Below are positions 49,320 to 64,000 of a DNA stretch of 64,000 nucleotides, piece after piece. Location: the NCBI RefSeq assembly GCF_009914755.1, contig NC_060928.1. One strand, written 5' to 3'. A program made the translations under genes and the position numbers. The notes beneath the pieces were generated by a model. The model was given only the letters and a program-made list of their open reading frames with translations. It was not told where the DNA came from and made no database searches. Numbering within the stretch: position 1 is the stretch's first letter; each line of letters starts with the position of its first letter. Source of the DNA: the human T2T-CHM13v2.0 reference genome, Homo sapiens.

Positions 49320-50460
49320 CTTTCGGGTGCTGCACGCGGAAGGCCAGCGAGTGTGAGTGTGTGTGTGCGTTTCTGGGGTGGTGTGTGTGCGTTTCTGTGT
49401 GTCAGTGTGTGGGTGTGAGTGACTGCACACGCGCGTGCGTGTGACCGTGTAGAGAGAAGGTGGCTGTAATCTCAGGGACCCCCGCTGGCTGGAGAGGGCT
49501 GAAGAGAGAGGGAAAGGACGTCAAGAGTGTGCGCATTAGGGAGCCGGGGTGAGGGTTGGAGCCAGGGAGGGCGGCTTTCTTGGGTTCAAGGGGTTTTCGC
49601 TCATCTTGAGTGCTTCAGGAGAAGCCCTCCCACCTCGCTCCCCATCGAGCGCCTGTTGGCACCCTGCCCACAGAGAACACGTTGTTCCCCAGGGCGCGCA
49701 GTCGGGCTGTTGGACAAATCCCACGAGGGACTGCCGGAGCCCAGTGGCCTCCTGCCCCAGCAGCTGCCGCTCTCGCCCGCTGCCCCCAGTTTAGATCCGC
49801 AGCACCGGCTGGGCTCACCCTGCGGCCCTCGCGAGCTCCACGTTCTCCTCTTTGGGACAAGTTGTTGAAATGGTTCCGGAGTTGGGATCGGGGCTGTTAC
49901 ATAACGCCCACCCGAGGGGCGAGGAGCGGGGCTGACGCAGGCTCAGGCCGGCCGGGTGGCGTGGGGGTGGGGCGGGGAGGCGGTGGAAAGGGGGAGCGCT
50001 GTCAATTTCTCCTGCTCAGTTGCGCTTCCGCTTAAGTTGGAGGGGGCGAGGCCGCCAGGGGCGCCGCGGTCAGCTTGCCAGCCCGGCGCGCTTTGTTCTC
50101 AGGTAGCTGGGCTCCAGCAGAGGCAGCCGGGGAAAAGGACTGGGAAGCCGTGGGATCTGGCCGAGTTTGAAAATCTGGAGAAGTCGCTGATCAGCCATTT
50201 TAGTCTTTGCAATGCTCCATATTAACCCTCTCACTCCGCGCAGTGCTCCGGGACTCGCTGGGAAGCTCTGTGATGGGTTCAGATAAAGTACTAGAAACCA
50301 AACAATTAGGGATCTAAAAGGATTGGTGTGGAGGCCAGAGGGCTCCGGTCCCCGCGCTCGCTCCCCCGCGCAGGCGTGGGCAGGCAGTCGCGGCCACTGT
50401 GCCTTCCTGCCCTCTTCCCAGCAGCTGCCATCATTTCCTGCCGACTGCCCTGCGGTGATT
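49320..50460. promoter_or_regulatory. CpG-rich region at the start of GRIA2 intron 2
   Basis: High GC/CpG content, GT-rich repeat at 49349-49450, G-tracts at 49954-49995. Confidence 0.7.
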
Positions 50461-53400
50461 CTTTCCTGCCCTAATATTCGCAGTCGTTATTTCATAGATA
50501 ACAATTTGGGGGAGATCTGCGGATGGCTCACTTCCCACTTTGGCTACAGAGCTTGGGGAAAATTACCACAGGAAAAGCCCAACTGCAGTTTTCCCACGTC
50601 ACACAAACAACTGGTTGCCATCCCTCCTCCCCATTTTAAGCTTTAGTCATATATTCCGTGATTTAGCTTGATTATCATATTGGGCCCATCATCAACTCTT
50701 GCAACTACTGTCACCCGGACGAATGAAGAAACAATTTTCTTAGACTGATAGAATAGGGGCATTGTGTGGTAATTTAGGATTTAATTGTTTATAATGGATC
50801 TATTTAAGAAGGTTTCACTGCTATATATTTTCTTCAAATGTTGGTGCCAAGTAAGAAAAGAAAGAAGGGCGGGTGTGGGGGTACAGAACGAAAGAGAGAA
50901 GAGGAGAATTAAAGTGGATTTGCAGCTTTGAAAAACGTCCGTAATAGAATATCTCAGAAAATTTTAGTACATGACATACAAAGAAATCAACTTAATTAAA
51001 ATTTGAAGACTTCTATATTTGACCTATTTACCTAACAGATTTAGACTATTCATTTGATATCAGTAAGTTCCAATTTTTCCTGAATTACAAGTTTGTCATG
51101 CAACTGTTCTGAGTATCTAACTGTGTGTAATTGTATACTTATGTGAAAATGCTTTGAAAAGTAATGACTCCTAAGGAACGGCTGTGGGTATAGGAAGGAC
51201 ATAGGTTTTGAATGTGAAGTGAAAGTATTGACAGCTGTACTTTTTGAAAACAGTCAATGATTGCCAAGTTCACTCATTGGTGAAAATAATGAGAAGAACT
51301 TTCTGCAAAAATAACATATGTCCATTGACAAAATGAATATTCCTTGATTTCAACAAATGCTAAACTACTGTATTGGGGCTTTATAAAGATAAAAGACTGT
51401 GATTAGGTTATTAGGTTTAGATACTCATTCTCAATATTTTTGAATTTTTAAATAGAAATTTTTCTGAAATAAAATATATAGCCAGAATATGTGTATATAT
51501 TAAACACATATGTAAATTCATATATTTGCAGGGTGAACACATTCATGTAATCAACATGTGGACTTCTTTTAAAAAATTACCACACAATTTAATTTGTCCA
51601 TAGTTCTGAGAAGCTGGAATAATCAAGTCTTCATTTGCACAGTTTTTTCCCCTCCTCAGGAAGTGAAGCTAAAATAAATATGTTCACATTTCCAGAGACT
51701 AAAATTACCCCTGCATGGATTATTATAGTAGGATAGTAAAACAAATTATTTTCAGGAACTGAACACATTTTAAAGATGACAACATGATAATTCAAAAGCA
51801 TGACATTTGCAACTCCCATGTTATAAGTAATCTTACTGTTTGCTAAAAAGAACTAGGGGGGTACTGTGACAGAAGAGAGGCTCATTGGATAGAAATTTCT
51901 GGGGCTGACATTAACTCATTGACTGGGCAAATCGCTTAACATGTTTGTGACTCCGTTTTTTTATTCTCTGAGACATTTCAAAATTTAGAGATTGCAAAAT
52001 GAAATAGAGAATTTGTATCCTTTTTTGTTTGTTTGTTTTTGTGCTATGGACAATAGAAGATGTAAAATTAGTTTAACTCTTTTGAGACAGAATGAGAGAG
52101 AGGGAAAGGGAAAGATGCTTATGTAAACTACAATCACAAAGTCAAGAAATGGATGAAAATCTCTAGTGTTAAATTTGTCAGCATGGGTCTTGATCGTTTA
52201 AATCCTGCTTAAGATTTTTCTCCAATGCCTATCCTTTGTTTTCTTGCCTTTTTATTCAGGGAAGTCTGTGATTCTTTCCTTTATAAAGTGGAAGCAACAG
52301 CATTAAATACATTGACAGCTAAGATCTAAACATCTTTTTTCCCATTTCCTCTAGAAATCTCAGGAATTTTGCTATCTAATGACATTATTAGATGATAGGT
52401 ATCATCTTGCAATGCTCTTGAAATAGCTTGCTCTTCCAATCATAAAAATCCCACAGAGCTAAATTTACGTATTAAAAAGTGGATTTTTATACCTTAGTAA
52501 TACAACTTCAAAAGGGAAAATTTATTAGTTTACTAATTTAATTTTATTCCTGAGATGGAGGAAATTATTTGGAAATGTTGAAGTGGACGTTGATATGAGG
52601 ATCCAGGGAGATCCACTGAATGGGTTAAGGTTATACAAAGAAAATGAAGTCATTCTATTCTGAACTGGGTAAAATGATTGTGTGCATCTTACTGAGCTCC
52701 CACATCCTTCCCTTTCACAATCACAGTGGGATAATGAAAGTACCTATTTTGTTCCATTTGTTTCCATGGGTACCTGAGGCAGTAAGACAGATTTTCAGTT
52801 TCTTTCATTTTTTCTCCATCATTCCCTTTTTCTTTTCCTCTCTCCCCTCACTCATTTTTTCCTTTCCTCCCTCCCTGTCTTCTTAGCTGAAAAGAGAACT
52901 AAGATTTTTTTTCCTGAAGGTTGTTCAAACGTAAGCCTTCATTATTAAAAATACAAAGCATAAAAGCAGAAAAAAATCTGAGATTAGTATCTGATGTGTA
53001 GAACAGTTGAAACCAGGGATGGGTCCTAGGAATCCAATCATTCATTCAATAAATGTTTAGTGAGTGCCTTCAAGGTGTCAGAGAATAAATGACTGCTTTT
53101 TTTCATGTTAACTTTTTTTTTTTTTTTCTAGCCTTTTCCCTCTAGGCTCTTTTGAATAGTTTTCAAAACCTTGTAGGCCTTCATGCCTTTAGTGTGCATT
53201 GGTAGCTGTGGTCTTGTCTAGGAACTTTAGTATGAGGATATGAGGGTATTCCAGTAGTTCTTAAACACAAGCGGTTTAATACAGCAACTAAAAAAATCTG
53301 CCTTTTTGTGAAAATAGTAACTTTCATATTAATATATATATACACCACGTATTGTATGTAGTTAACTGAGAAAATCAATAGCAAATTTTAGGAAAATACT

Positions 53401-56002
53401 AAGTATTTTTACATTATAAAAGATTTTAGTAAACTTTGATGCTATGCTAATTGGTAAAGCTTGCTTAAAATAAAACTGTGTAAAAGGGCTATAAACATGA
53501 GTACTTGATTCTACAGGGTTTGAAAATTAAAAGTATTAAATATTGAATTTACTCCCCAGAACCTTCCCTTTCTATTTCTTTTGAAGACTGAATTTTACAA
53601 ATAGTTATTAGTCTAGTTAAAGATGATTTAATAGTTTTATATTTCAATTCCATACAACAAAATAAATTATAAAAATATTAAATTGAAGGAAACAGCAAAT
53701 AAAAATCTACTTTTTCTCCAAGCCAGCAGATGGAGATGTTGGAGAAAATATTGTTGTTTCATAAAACTGTTGCGCACACCGAATGCCTTTTAAAACATTG
53801 TAAAGAAATTTATTTAGATAAATTGAAAAAAATAAATGACATCTAATTTGAAGAAAATTATTCAAAATGCTGTCTTAAAAATAACTTTCATTGCCTTTTA
53901 AAAATAGGTTGCCCTATATTTTATGTTTTAGAAGATAAAGACTGTTAGAATAGATTGTAAATGCTCTTAGAGGAGAGAGAATTCTAAAATTATATTTTTT
54001 CAACATTTTTAATCTCGATTCCCCAGCTATCATTTTTGAGCTGTATTTATTATTAAATTTTAGTCACAAATTACTGAGATTTTTGTATCTGTGTTCATAA
54101 AATTAATTGATGTTTGCTAAGACTTTATTGCACTTGGATGAATGGACTTCTGTGTGTATGTATTTATAGTTACAATTATAGAGTGTAAATAGTTACAGAT
54201 TGGCTACGCGATCCTGTTTTGTCATGTTTGTTGAGGTATTTACTAACACCTAGAGTTACTGACTTTAATATATGCAAAACTTTCATAAAACTAGACTCAA
54301 GTTGGACTTTCTTAAGCAATGATGACAAACCATGAACACATGTGCCAGGGACACAATACCGTAAAAGCTGGTGTTGTAAATATTCAGTTATATTCAATTG
54401 CAGATTTTGAGGAAATGCCTCTTTGTATGTCAGAATAATTAATCTGTTATTGAAGTATTTTCAGTTAAAATTTCATACTTCACTTATCACTGAAGAATTT
54501 CAAGAAAATGAGTGCGTATTAAGTAGAAATCAAAGAATGGCATTGGTTGAAATATTCTATTTTGAGATGAGAGAAACTAAGTATTGAAATAAAAATTACC
54601 TTATGAAACTATAGAGGCTTAAATTAGTAAAAATTTATTCTTATGCTATGCTATTTCTGTTTGAAAGTCTTGCAAACTTCAACCTGCTGGCTCAAGAAGG
54701 ATGGGGTATTTTCATTTCACATCAAGCCTTTAAAGTGCTAGGGACATTGTACTGAGACATTATGACAAGTGGATGCTGATTCATGCCCAGATCTCAAGTT
54801 TTCTCATAATCTCTTCCAATAACACTTAGCAAACTTTCAAACTTCTTAGAACCTTGAAAATTTTAAGGAAGGGTGAAAAAGAGCAGTTGTTTTTGAGTTA
54901 TTTCAGTATGTTGCTATATAATCAAGTTTTCAGAGAGTATGTGTTTTTTCTCTCTTCCTCCTCTTCCCTTTTTATAAAAAAGTCAATAGAAGTACTTAAT
55001 CTGCAGAGCAAATGCTATTACAAGAAATAAAGTCTAAATTGAGATAGAGAACTGTCCTTTAAACATTTTCTTATGTGAGCAGCGAGTGCATTCATTCAGA
55101 GCTAAAATCTTGTATTTGATGTAAATATTTGATTGAAATGTTAATGGCAGCTGGGTAGATTATATTTCCTTTCTTTTTACAGTAGATTGTACTGAAGATA
55201 CCCCAGATTTCATTAAGTGTTTGCTCTTTTATTATTATAGCAATTTTAAATAAAAATTTCTCAGGTTTTCTCCAAAGATCTACATAATTGCCAAATCTCT
55301 TGTATGACTGTGTCTCTTCAGTACAATAGGAAAATAAGTTGCTGAATTCAATGTTAAAATTAGAAAATCACACATGATTTGAAAATGTTCAAACATCAAA
55401 ATGTCTATCAAATCAGATTTTACTAGTTTGGAAAAAAAAAGGAATGTGATTCTTACAATGCTGTTCATAAGATGTCTAACACCTATTATTTTTCAGTGCT
55501 ATTCAATTTAAAAGTTTTTTGTCATCTTTGATAATTTTAACTTATAGAATGAAAACATTTTAAAATTAACGAGGAGAATGTAAAATGTGGGCTTGTTGAA
55601 GACAGGCCCTTGCTGCTGTTAACTGTGTGTTCTTCACGAAGTCTAGCTCAGTTCCCAGTGCACCGACTCACTTAATAGTTATTTACCTATTCAACACATT
55701 TAATTTTACAGTAGATGTTCTTATCATAACATTATAATTTTTAAAGTTAGAATTTTGTATTTGCTATACATATGGATTTCAGAATACACAATTTACTTTG
55801 TACCTTCCTTGAATCCTATTTAGACAGAGGTGTATTATATTTTTCACTTTCATCTACAACCTAGATATTGTCAAAGTTGTTATTTTTATCTCTAAAGCTA
55901 TATTGATGTATGTTAAAATGATATGCTGAATATATGTACAATATACATGTTGAAGAGGATTTATAAATGCTAACTGTTAGGATGATGCAAAAACCATGTT
56001 GC

Positions 56003-56303
<301 letters not shown>

Positions 56304-56877
56304 GAAGGAAAAAAGAATGACCCCCCCACCTCCCCCCACCAAAAAAAAACCCAAAAGCAAGAACCTTGTTACAAGTGGGTAGAACAGGAGATGCCCTTAT
56401 AAGGCCCCTGACCGTTATGGGTCTGCCAAGCTTCAATTTTGGTTTTAGATGTTCCAAAAATGTGTCCTTGAATGGACACAGAATTGTTTTAGTAACTCCC
56501 TCCCTGCCCCCAACCAGGATATTTTATACTACAATTTTCTATATCAATTCCTTTAATTAATTTTAAAAATGTACAGAATCACAAAAGTATTATTTTTACG
56601 TTTTAGATGGTATCTAGGAAGAGAAGTTTCTGGACATAGTTTCTCTTTGTGGACCAATTGCTCTATTTGCATTAATTTGTGCAATTATTTTGTATGCGTA
56701 TCCTTATTTTTTCTTTTTAGGGCCTGCAGTTTATGTTTCGGGTTTGTTTTCTAACGATTTTGTTTTGTCTTATTTTCATTCTGTGGATAATTTTCTTGGG
56801 TGAAACACCTTGTTATTATATGTTTAATTTTTCACACATTATCATATTACTGGGAAAATCATCCAAAGTGCTTGATA

Positions 56878-56920
56878 CTACTCCAGCCTGGGTGACAGGG
56901 CAAAAACTTGCCTCAAAAAA
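56878..56920 (+). mobile_element. Very short Alu 3' fragment
   Basis: actccagcctgggtgacagggcaaaaacttgcctcaaaaaa. Confidence 0.65.
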
Positions 56921-57988
56921 GCACAACAGAGTCTTGAAATTTATTGGTATCTTCAGCTGAATAGAACAAATAAATTTAGGAGATACCAGGTTCCTTATAG
57001 AAAGGGAATTGGTGAGTAGCTATCTTCTTAGATTGCTTACGTTTTTGTATCCATGTTTCTCAAACAAATGACATATGTAATGTTTATAGTTTTACTATTT
57101 GGATTTTTCTTCAGAATTTTACTTCATAATTTTATATATTTATGGTTATGTTAATACTTACATTTTTTCCTGATTGTTTCAGTATTTCAAATATAAACAC
57201 AAACTGGGTTGAATTGTGAAATGGCCTAAATTTTAGTTCTTCTAAAATACTTTCAATAGGGTATTTTATTTCTATGAAGTTTATTTTCCCTTCATGTAAA
57301 ATTGATTTCACATGATAAATGCTATGATGTTTACTTGTTATAGTCCTCTAATACTTTCACGCTGATGAATTTCAGTGAACCTGAGAAGGTACTCCTGCAA
57401 TGTAAATATTTTTAGTCTAATCTTCCTAAGTACCCAACTTACTGATAGAAATGACTGAAATGTGTTTATATAAACTAAGTATATTCTATGCTTGTTAAAG
57501 CATAGTAGAATATTACCTGATTCTTTATCCCTACAAGAATAGAATATGACCTAAATTAATAATGTCTAACTTCAGCATAAATTTAATGGAAACTCAAGTT
57601 AAATAACTTGATATAAGAAAAGTTTCCTCAGCTCATAAACCCTTTGCAGCTAAAATTCTCTGTATCAAAATACCGTTCTGTTTCAGATTTAGCATTCATT
57701 TTACAATTTCTCTAGCATCAGTATTCAAGATATTGCAGTAAGAATATGTCAACAATTTTTTTATATATATTATTTATTGTGCATGAATAAAAGGATAGAG
57801 TGGGCATGTTCAAACAAATAGTTTCAAGGTAAGGGAAAATATTTTTTTCCTTATTGTAGATTGAAATTACTATATTTCTTAAAAGTGATGGCGGGAAAGC
57901 TGTGGAGAAAAAGGGAAAAACTCTAAGAGGCAGCATAACTTGGTGTACTTGGCAGGGCTGTAAGAATTTGCAACTCGAAATTAATTCA

Positions 57989-58135
57989 TTCCTTCCTTCC
58001 TTCCTTCTTTCCTTCCTTTCTTCCTTCCTTCTTTCCTTCCTTCCTTCCTTCTTTCCTTCCTTCCTTCCTTCTTTCCTTCCTTCCTTCCTTCCTTCTTCCT
58101 TCCCTCCATCCATCCCTTTCTGCTTCCTTTCTTCC
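57989..58135. repeat. (TTCC)n polypyrimidine microsatellite
   Basis: Directly visible imperfect TTCC run. Confidence 0.95.
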
Positions 58136-58323
58136 TTTTTTTTGTTTAAGCATCTCTTTCATTTGATGTTTGCTTAGTTTGCATGTCTGTGGTCAATCTT
58201 CTATATTAACCTTGAGCTACTATAGAACAGTGAATTCTTATAATAATTTTAATTTTGTCAAATAATGGAAGCTAGTTATTATTTCTAGAGGGAGACATGA
58301 AAGAAAGGAGGCACTATGCATTT

Positions 58324-58973
58324 GGTTTTGATTTTTTTTCCTTTTATTTTATTTTATTTTATTTCTTAGCGAAAGGGTCTCGCTCTGTTCCCCAGGCTGG
58401 AGTGCAGTAGAGCTATCACAGCTCGCTTCAGTCTTGAGCTCTTGGGCTCAAGCAATTCTCCTGCCTCAGCCTCCCAAGTAGCTGGGACTACAGGTCCATG
58501 CCATCACGCTGAGCTAATTTTATTTTATTTTTTATTTTTATTTTTCATTTTTCTGAGATGGAGTCTCGCTCTGTCACCCAGGATAGAGTGTGGTGTTGCA
58601 GTCTCGGCCCACTGCAACCTCCGCCTCTGGGTTCAAGCAGTTTTCCTGCGTCAGCCTCCCCAGTAGCTGGGACTACAGGTGCACACCGCCACGCCTGGCT
58701 AATTTTTTGTATTTTAGTAGAGATGGGGTTTCACCGTGTTGCCTAGGCCGGTCACGAACTCCTGATCTCAGGCAATCCGCCCACCTCGGCCTCCCAAAGT
58801 GCTGGGATTACAGACGTGAGCCACCATGCCTGGTCGCAATTTTATTTTTTATTTTTGCAGACGGGTTATCACCATGTTGATCAGGCTGCTCTTGAACTCC
58901 TGGCCTTAAGCGATCCTGTCACCTTGGCCTCCCAAAGCACTGAGATTACAGGCATGAGCAACCATCCTCGGCT
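58324..58973 (-). mobile_element. AluJ interrupted in its central linker by an AluS (~58518-58835), both on the minus strand
   Basis: Right arm, a complete second Alu, then left arm; outer TSD-like ca(c/a)tatgcattt at 58312-58323 and 58976-58987. Confidence 0.85.
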
Positions 58974-60309
58974 AACAATATGCATTTCTCTGAGGAAAAA
59001 ACACAAATTTAAGGTGCTTTATTATTCTGGGCTGGCAAAAAAGCCATCCTTGAAAATTATGAGGTAAAATACTGACTGAAAAGGTTTGAAAAATTTTATA
59101 GGTAAAAATATACAATATGGAATGTACGACTAGACTGCATTTTATAGGGAGCATGGAATGTGTCATAGTAAAGTTGTCTGTTGCTTGAGGTAACTGAAAT
59201 GTAGCAATTCTTGATAATTGCTGACGGGGCTCATCTTAGTAGAACAGAGAAAAGTTTGTCTCTTGTTTTATATTATACTGGTATTATATTTCTATTTCCT
59301 TAACACCTAAGTTGAAGATATTTTTTAAAAAAATTAAAATATTTTTAGTGTTTTAAAAATAAAAACATTTTGGATTTAAATTATTTTTCACAATTCTACA
59401 TGTGTTTAAAAAGTATTAGTATGTCTTGGAAGAATATTTAATAATAATTCTCAAATGATATGTAATATTTTGTCATTGAGGCTAACTATTCAAAAGTTAT
59501 TCAAAGGACAATTTAAGACTAAAATACGGAACACAGTGAGTAGTTTTATTCTGAAAAATAAGGACCATAACATATGCAATAATTAGTTTGGTCTATATAT
59601 TTGAAAATATTGTCATACACACTTTAGTGATGCTAACTTGGAAAATTGAAAACATATTCCTTTAGGGCTTTATGTTAGCTATTATGAATTCCATATATTT
59701 AAGGGGCTGCCTGTGTTCACTGATCCAGGTAGCACAGAAATAGCTCCCACATTTCTACAGCATGGGAGTGAAGCATCTCTCATCATTGCAAGTCTGGCAG
59801 AGAAAGATCTGGAAGTGGAGCTCTCTATAAGGGTGTGTGTGCTTTGCTAGGTTTTCTTGAGAAGTACATTTCAAATCATGTCATGATTTTCATCTTTATT
59901 CGTGTGTTATCTGCTGTTTGTGAGAAATTGAAGAATTTCTATCTTGCTTTTAATCTGTGCATGAAATGGGAGAATTTTGGCTTTATAATTTTCAAGCACT
60001 TTCATCATTTATCATTTTACTTTTATATTTTTTACCAGGTTTTTAGTTTTTACTAGTTTATGCTATTATTACTAATTTACATACAGAAAGGAAATTTTGA
60101 GAACACAGGCAACAATTCAGAAAGGGATACAAGGAAGCGCTGTATATAGTTTATTCTTTGGAGGGAAGGACCATAAAATCCTCATCTTTATATTTCAGAG
60201 CACACACAAGTTCAGGGTTGTCATCTTAATGATGAATACACAAGTTTTTCATCTGCGAAGATTAAAAAAAATTGATTCGTTGTAGTTTGTAGCCTTGGTG
60301 TCTTGGGAT

Positions 60310-61690
60310 ACAGAATAGCATGGGTTAAGCATCTGCACTTAGAACCAAATTCTAGTCCTTGTACTAGATGTATGACATTGGACAAGTTTCTTAGTCTACA
60401 TCTCAGTTTCTACCTCTGTAAAAGGGAAACAGACATTATAGGATTGTTTGCAAGATACGCATTAGTCATAAAACACTATGAGCTGTGTTTGGCACAAGTA
60501 CATAAAATTAGCAATATTTTATTATTATTTCCTGTATTAGAATTTTTGGATTGTTTTGATGAGCACTTGCTATTAGAGGCAGAAGACAAAGAAAAATGCA
60601 GTTCTAACTTTCTTGCTGGAATCTTTTCCTACTGTTTGTATACCTGGGCAGGACATAATGCCTTTCGGTGACAAAGAAGAGACTAACAAAATAAATCACA
60701 TAAGTCACTGAAAGATATATTTGGTGCACTATAGGACGAGAATGATTTTTAAAACCTGAGGTGTTACTCGAGTAGTACTTTGAATTCAATCTTCCCCTTT
60801 ATTGCATGTCACTTACATCTTAGGATGTTGAACAATTTCAAACTCTCATATTTTTAGCAGATATTTCAAGCACATATTTAAGATATCTCAATATTTAATG
60901 GAACTGAGCACATTATGGATTCCTAATGTTTTATTTTATGTAATTAATTAAATTAAATTTATTTAAATGAAAATCAGCCAAGCAACATAGGCTTTGGAAT
61001 TAGGCAAAAATAGGTTTGAATGTAATTAGTAACTTTGTGATACAGCATGTGTTTTTTTCTCTTTGTAGAATAAGGCTCAGTTTCCTTGTCATATCTGATA
61101 ATATTATTGGAGGCATTATATGAGAAAATAAATGCTTAGATTAATTTGTCAGAAACGTTCCCAGTATTTATTTCCTCCCTTTATATCAGCCCTTTACTGA
61201 TATAAAACCTAAACCCCATGCTCAAAGCAATGGAGGAAGGTGCTGCCTTGAGAAAGCTTAGATATTTTATAGCTTTATGTATAATTTTTTTCTTTCTGAA
61301 ACACTTCCATATCTGGTTGATCCTCACTGTCGCTCTGTAAAGCTCGGTAGCATAAGTGGAATTGTTATTATACCCATTTACAGAAAACAAAACAGAAATT
61401 TATGTGATTTGTTCTTAGCTGCTATAAATTTGTGGAGAAGCTTTTGGCTACAAAACAAGTTGGCTACTTCCTAAACCAGAGCCTCTATTGGTCTCAGTTG
61501 GCAACATAGCTAGTATATTTGAATAAACAGACATGAATTAAAATTATGGCTTCACTATTTACTAGTTCTATGACTTTGTATTAATCAGCTAAACTTTCTA
61601 GTCTTGTTTTCTCCTCTGTAAAATGGGGTTCATTATAATGCCTGCCTCATGATGTAATTATCAGGTTTAAATGATAGTAACTGCTGCATA
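60310..61690. mobile_element. Cluster of MIR fragments
   Basis: tgtatgacattggacaagtttcttagtctacatctcagtttctacctctgtaaaa; attatacccatttacagaaaa; tcctctgtaaaatgggg. Confidence 0.6.
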
Positions 61691-64000
61691 TAATATAGTG
61701 ATTAATACTGCTAATTTCAGTGATTCCAATTCCCCTGAGTATATATTGGTCAGATATACTTAGCTCCGTGCTTATAGGTGCATGGAAGGGAAGGTAGCTA
61801 ATAGTTTTCTCTATGTAATTTTCAAAATAATAAACTTCTTTAATATAATACAACCATTCAAGCTGAAAATAGAGGCTAGGATTTTACTTTATTATCATTT
61901 TTAGAATACTAGTGAACATGTACATTTTACAAGAATTTTGATGTGTTCTTGATCCACAAACCCTCCCCCCACCAAATTCAATGGATAAATAACAAGAACT
62001 AAATCATGCATAATTTAAAAAATGTAGATGATGGTTAACATTTAGTGTGAATATCTGATACTATTCAGTTACCAATTCCACCACTGATACATTTGTGCAA
62101 TAAAAATGATGGTAGGTGTTTCTCACGAATAGGACCTTATTAAACTTGGAACAGGTTCATTGTGACTTCTTCCGTGAGGATCAGTTTTATGCATCTTGCT
62201 GCTGGTTGTCTAGGTCACTATCATCTTTTTCACAAGTTTATTCCCCAGCACAGTATAAGGAGGCTCTTTTGCCTGTTTCTAGTCTGCTGAAAGGTCTGGA
62301 AGGTTTGAAACATTTTCAAATAATTACTTGGTCAGAGATTATTTCTCTTAGGGAGCAGAGAGATGTGCAGTTGTGCGGGGTGGTTGGGGGAAGATTTTTA
62401 CTTACTGACAATGAGTAAAAATAAGGACTTCCTACATATGAACTTTGTGTAGTTCATGAAATATTCACTACCTTATTCTGAATTGACTCTTATTCTTCTT
62501 ATGTTGCCTTATATTGCAGTAACAGCAGCCATATGAACTCTTCAATGTAGGATCATAAGACCTTTGGTCAAAATTACTCTTTTAAAGCAAATCTGTATAT
62601 TTACACAACAGTTATATCCATGACTTTGGATTTGGGCTGGAAGTAGAATACACTGGATAAAAGCTATATACTTATCTTTAAAGTGCTTTTATCTACCTTG
62701 TTTGTATGCACCAAAAACCTATCACAAGATTTTCTTCTTTCTTTTCTTCCTTTCTTAAACTTTTAGTAGATACCTGCTCTGTACCAATCTGTTATTGTCT
62801 GAGGTGACAAAGAACAAGATAAGGCTTCTGTATTGAACATTTTTTATGGGTTCAAAATCTTTTCTTTGTGGCAAAAGTAGAAGTTGTTAATGTAGGTTAG
62901 CTAGATGATTTTATGATTACATTAGTCTCGGTAATAGACATTATTTCTAGATCATTTATAAATATTATCCTATACGTTGGGCCTAGATTTTAAATTATCT
63001 TAAAAGCAGAAATGGTAATTCAAAAAATTGTAAAGAAAACATAAAAAAGATTCTCAATGGAAGGTGAAAAGCCATCATCTTAAATACTGATTTAGAATAT
63101 ATTGCTGAAAACTTTGGTAGCCAAATGAGTACTACTGCTGTTAACAAACTAATAATGCCAATTGCAGATCTGTTAAAAAGTTTCAATTTTTCGCATCATA
63201 TTTGGAGATGAAAATTTATATTTTATTTTGCATATGATTTTTTTCTTTCATTGCCACAATCTCTTCAAATCAGTTTAAACTGGCATAGACTACATAAATT
63301 GCTGGGTGATGTTTACATAAATTATGGGGATTAACTAATTAATTATAATAAATACTATTTTAGGTTGTTACTGAAGAAGCTAGTTGCAGGTTTTAAATAG
63401 TAAGTTTTACAAAATACTTTAAAATGTCAATGCATATACCTATTTTGAATAATCTAAGAGACACTAACACCTTGCTAGTGTCTCTTGTTAAAACAGATTT
63501 TATATAATTTAAACCTTGGTTATTATAGGGGTTTGAGAATTTCAGGTAGAAAATCATGATTATCTGAAAAAAGTTGATGCAGCTTTAACATGTAACAAAA
63601 ATTATCTAATAGAATTAAAATATTTGCTTACAATAGCATTTTGGTACTATGGATGATTTAGAATGTAAAACATGCAGAAAATTTTAATTTAGCTTCTTGT
63701 GGTCTTTATATTTTGAAGCTTAAAAATTGTGATGAAAATAATCATGCATATGGTAATTTAAAAAAAACACTACACACGGGGATATAATAAATATTGTCTT
63801 CTTTCACCTCATTTCTATGTCTCTGAGATAATCACCATTGATGGTTTCCAGAAATGGTAGCATAATATACACTGTTCTTTATCTTGATTGTTTTCTTCTT
63901 AACATAAATCGGAGTTCTGCTTTTATGTGCAGAGATTTTCCTCTTCTTTTTTTCTAGTTATTGCATGGTATTCTGTTGTTATGTGGCCTTTTTGTTGATG

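Noticed and set aside
50051-50066. CTCF-like GCCGCCAGGGGCGCC
   Set aside because: One G short of the core spacing, in GC-rich DNA where chance matches are common.
57718-58177. ORFs with KEGR/LPSF repeats
   Set aside because: Translations of the (TTCC)n microsatellite.

Overview
Human (primate) genomic DNA containing the 5' end of GRIA2, the AMPA-type glutamate receptor subunit GluA2, on the + strand. It shows a CpG-island promoter with a near-consensus RE1/NRSE and an NRF1-like site, a GT/GC/GA repeat leader, coding exon 1 (48534-48621), exon 2 (49158-49298) and the start of the large intron 2. The ~47 kb upstream is mostly transposon-derived. It holds a full-length but inactivated L1PA2/3 (minus strand, with TSDs and a short 3' transduction), a U6/L1 chimeric retrocopy, and a CHRAC1 processed pseudogene nested inside a Tigger3b. 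It also holds two ancient ERVL-class remnants, a solo LTR12, older L1M/L2/MIR fragments and many Alus, including young AluYb8 and AluYc1-like copies. Almost all other ORFs in the track are spurious or repeat-derived. I found no evidence of a new multi-gene system. The most unusual observations are a ~100-bp circularly permuted local templated insertion, two further short local duplications, and an L1 antisense promoter/ORF0 whose first donor is phase-compatible with GRIA2 exon 2. Repeat subfamily names and gene identities are from recalled consensus sequences and by-eye alignment, not database searches.
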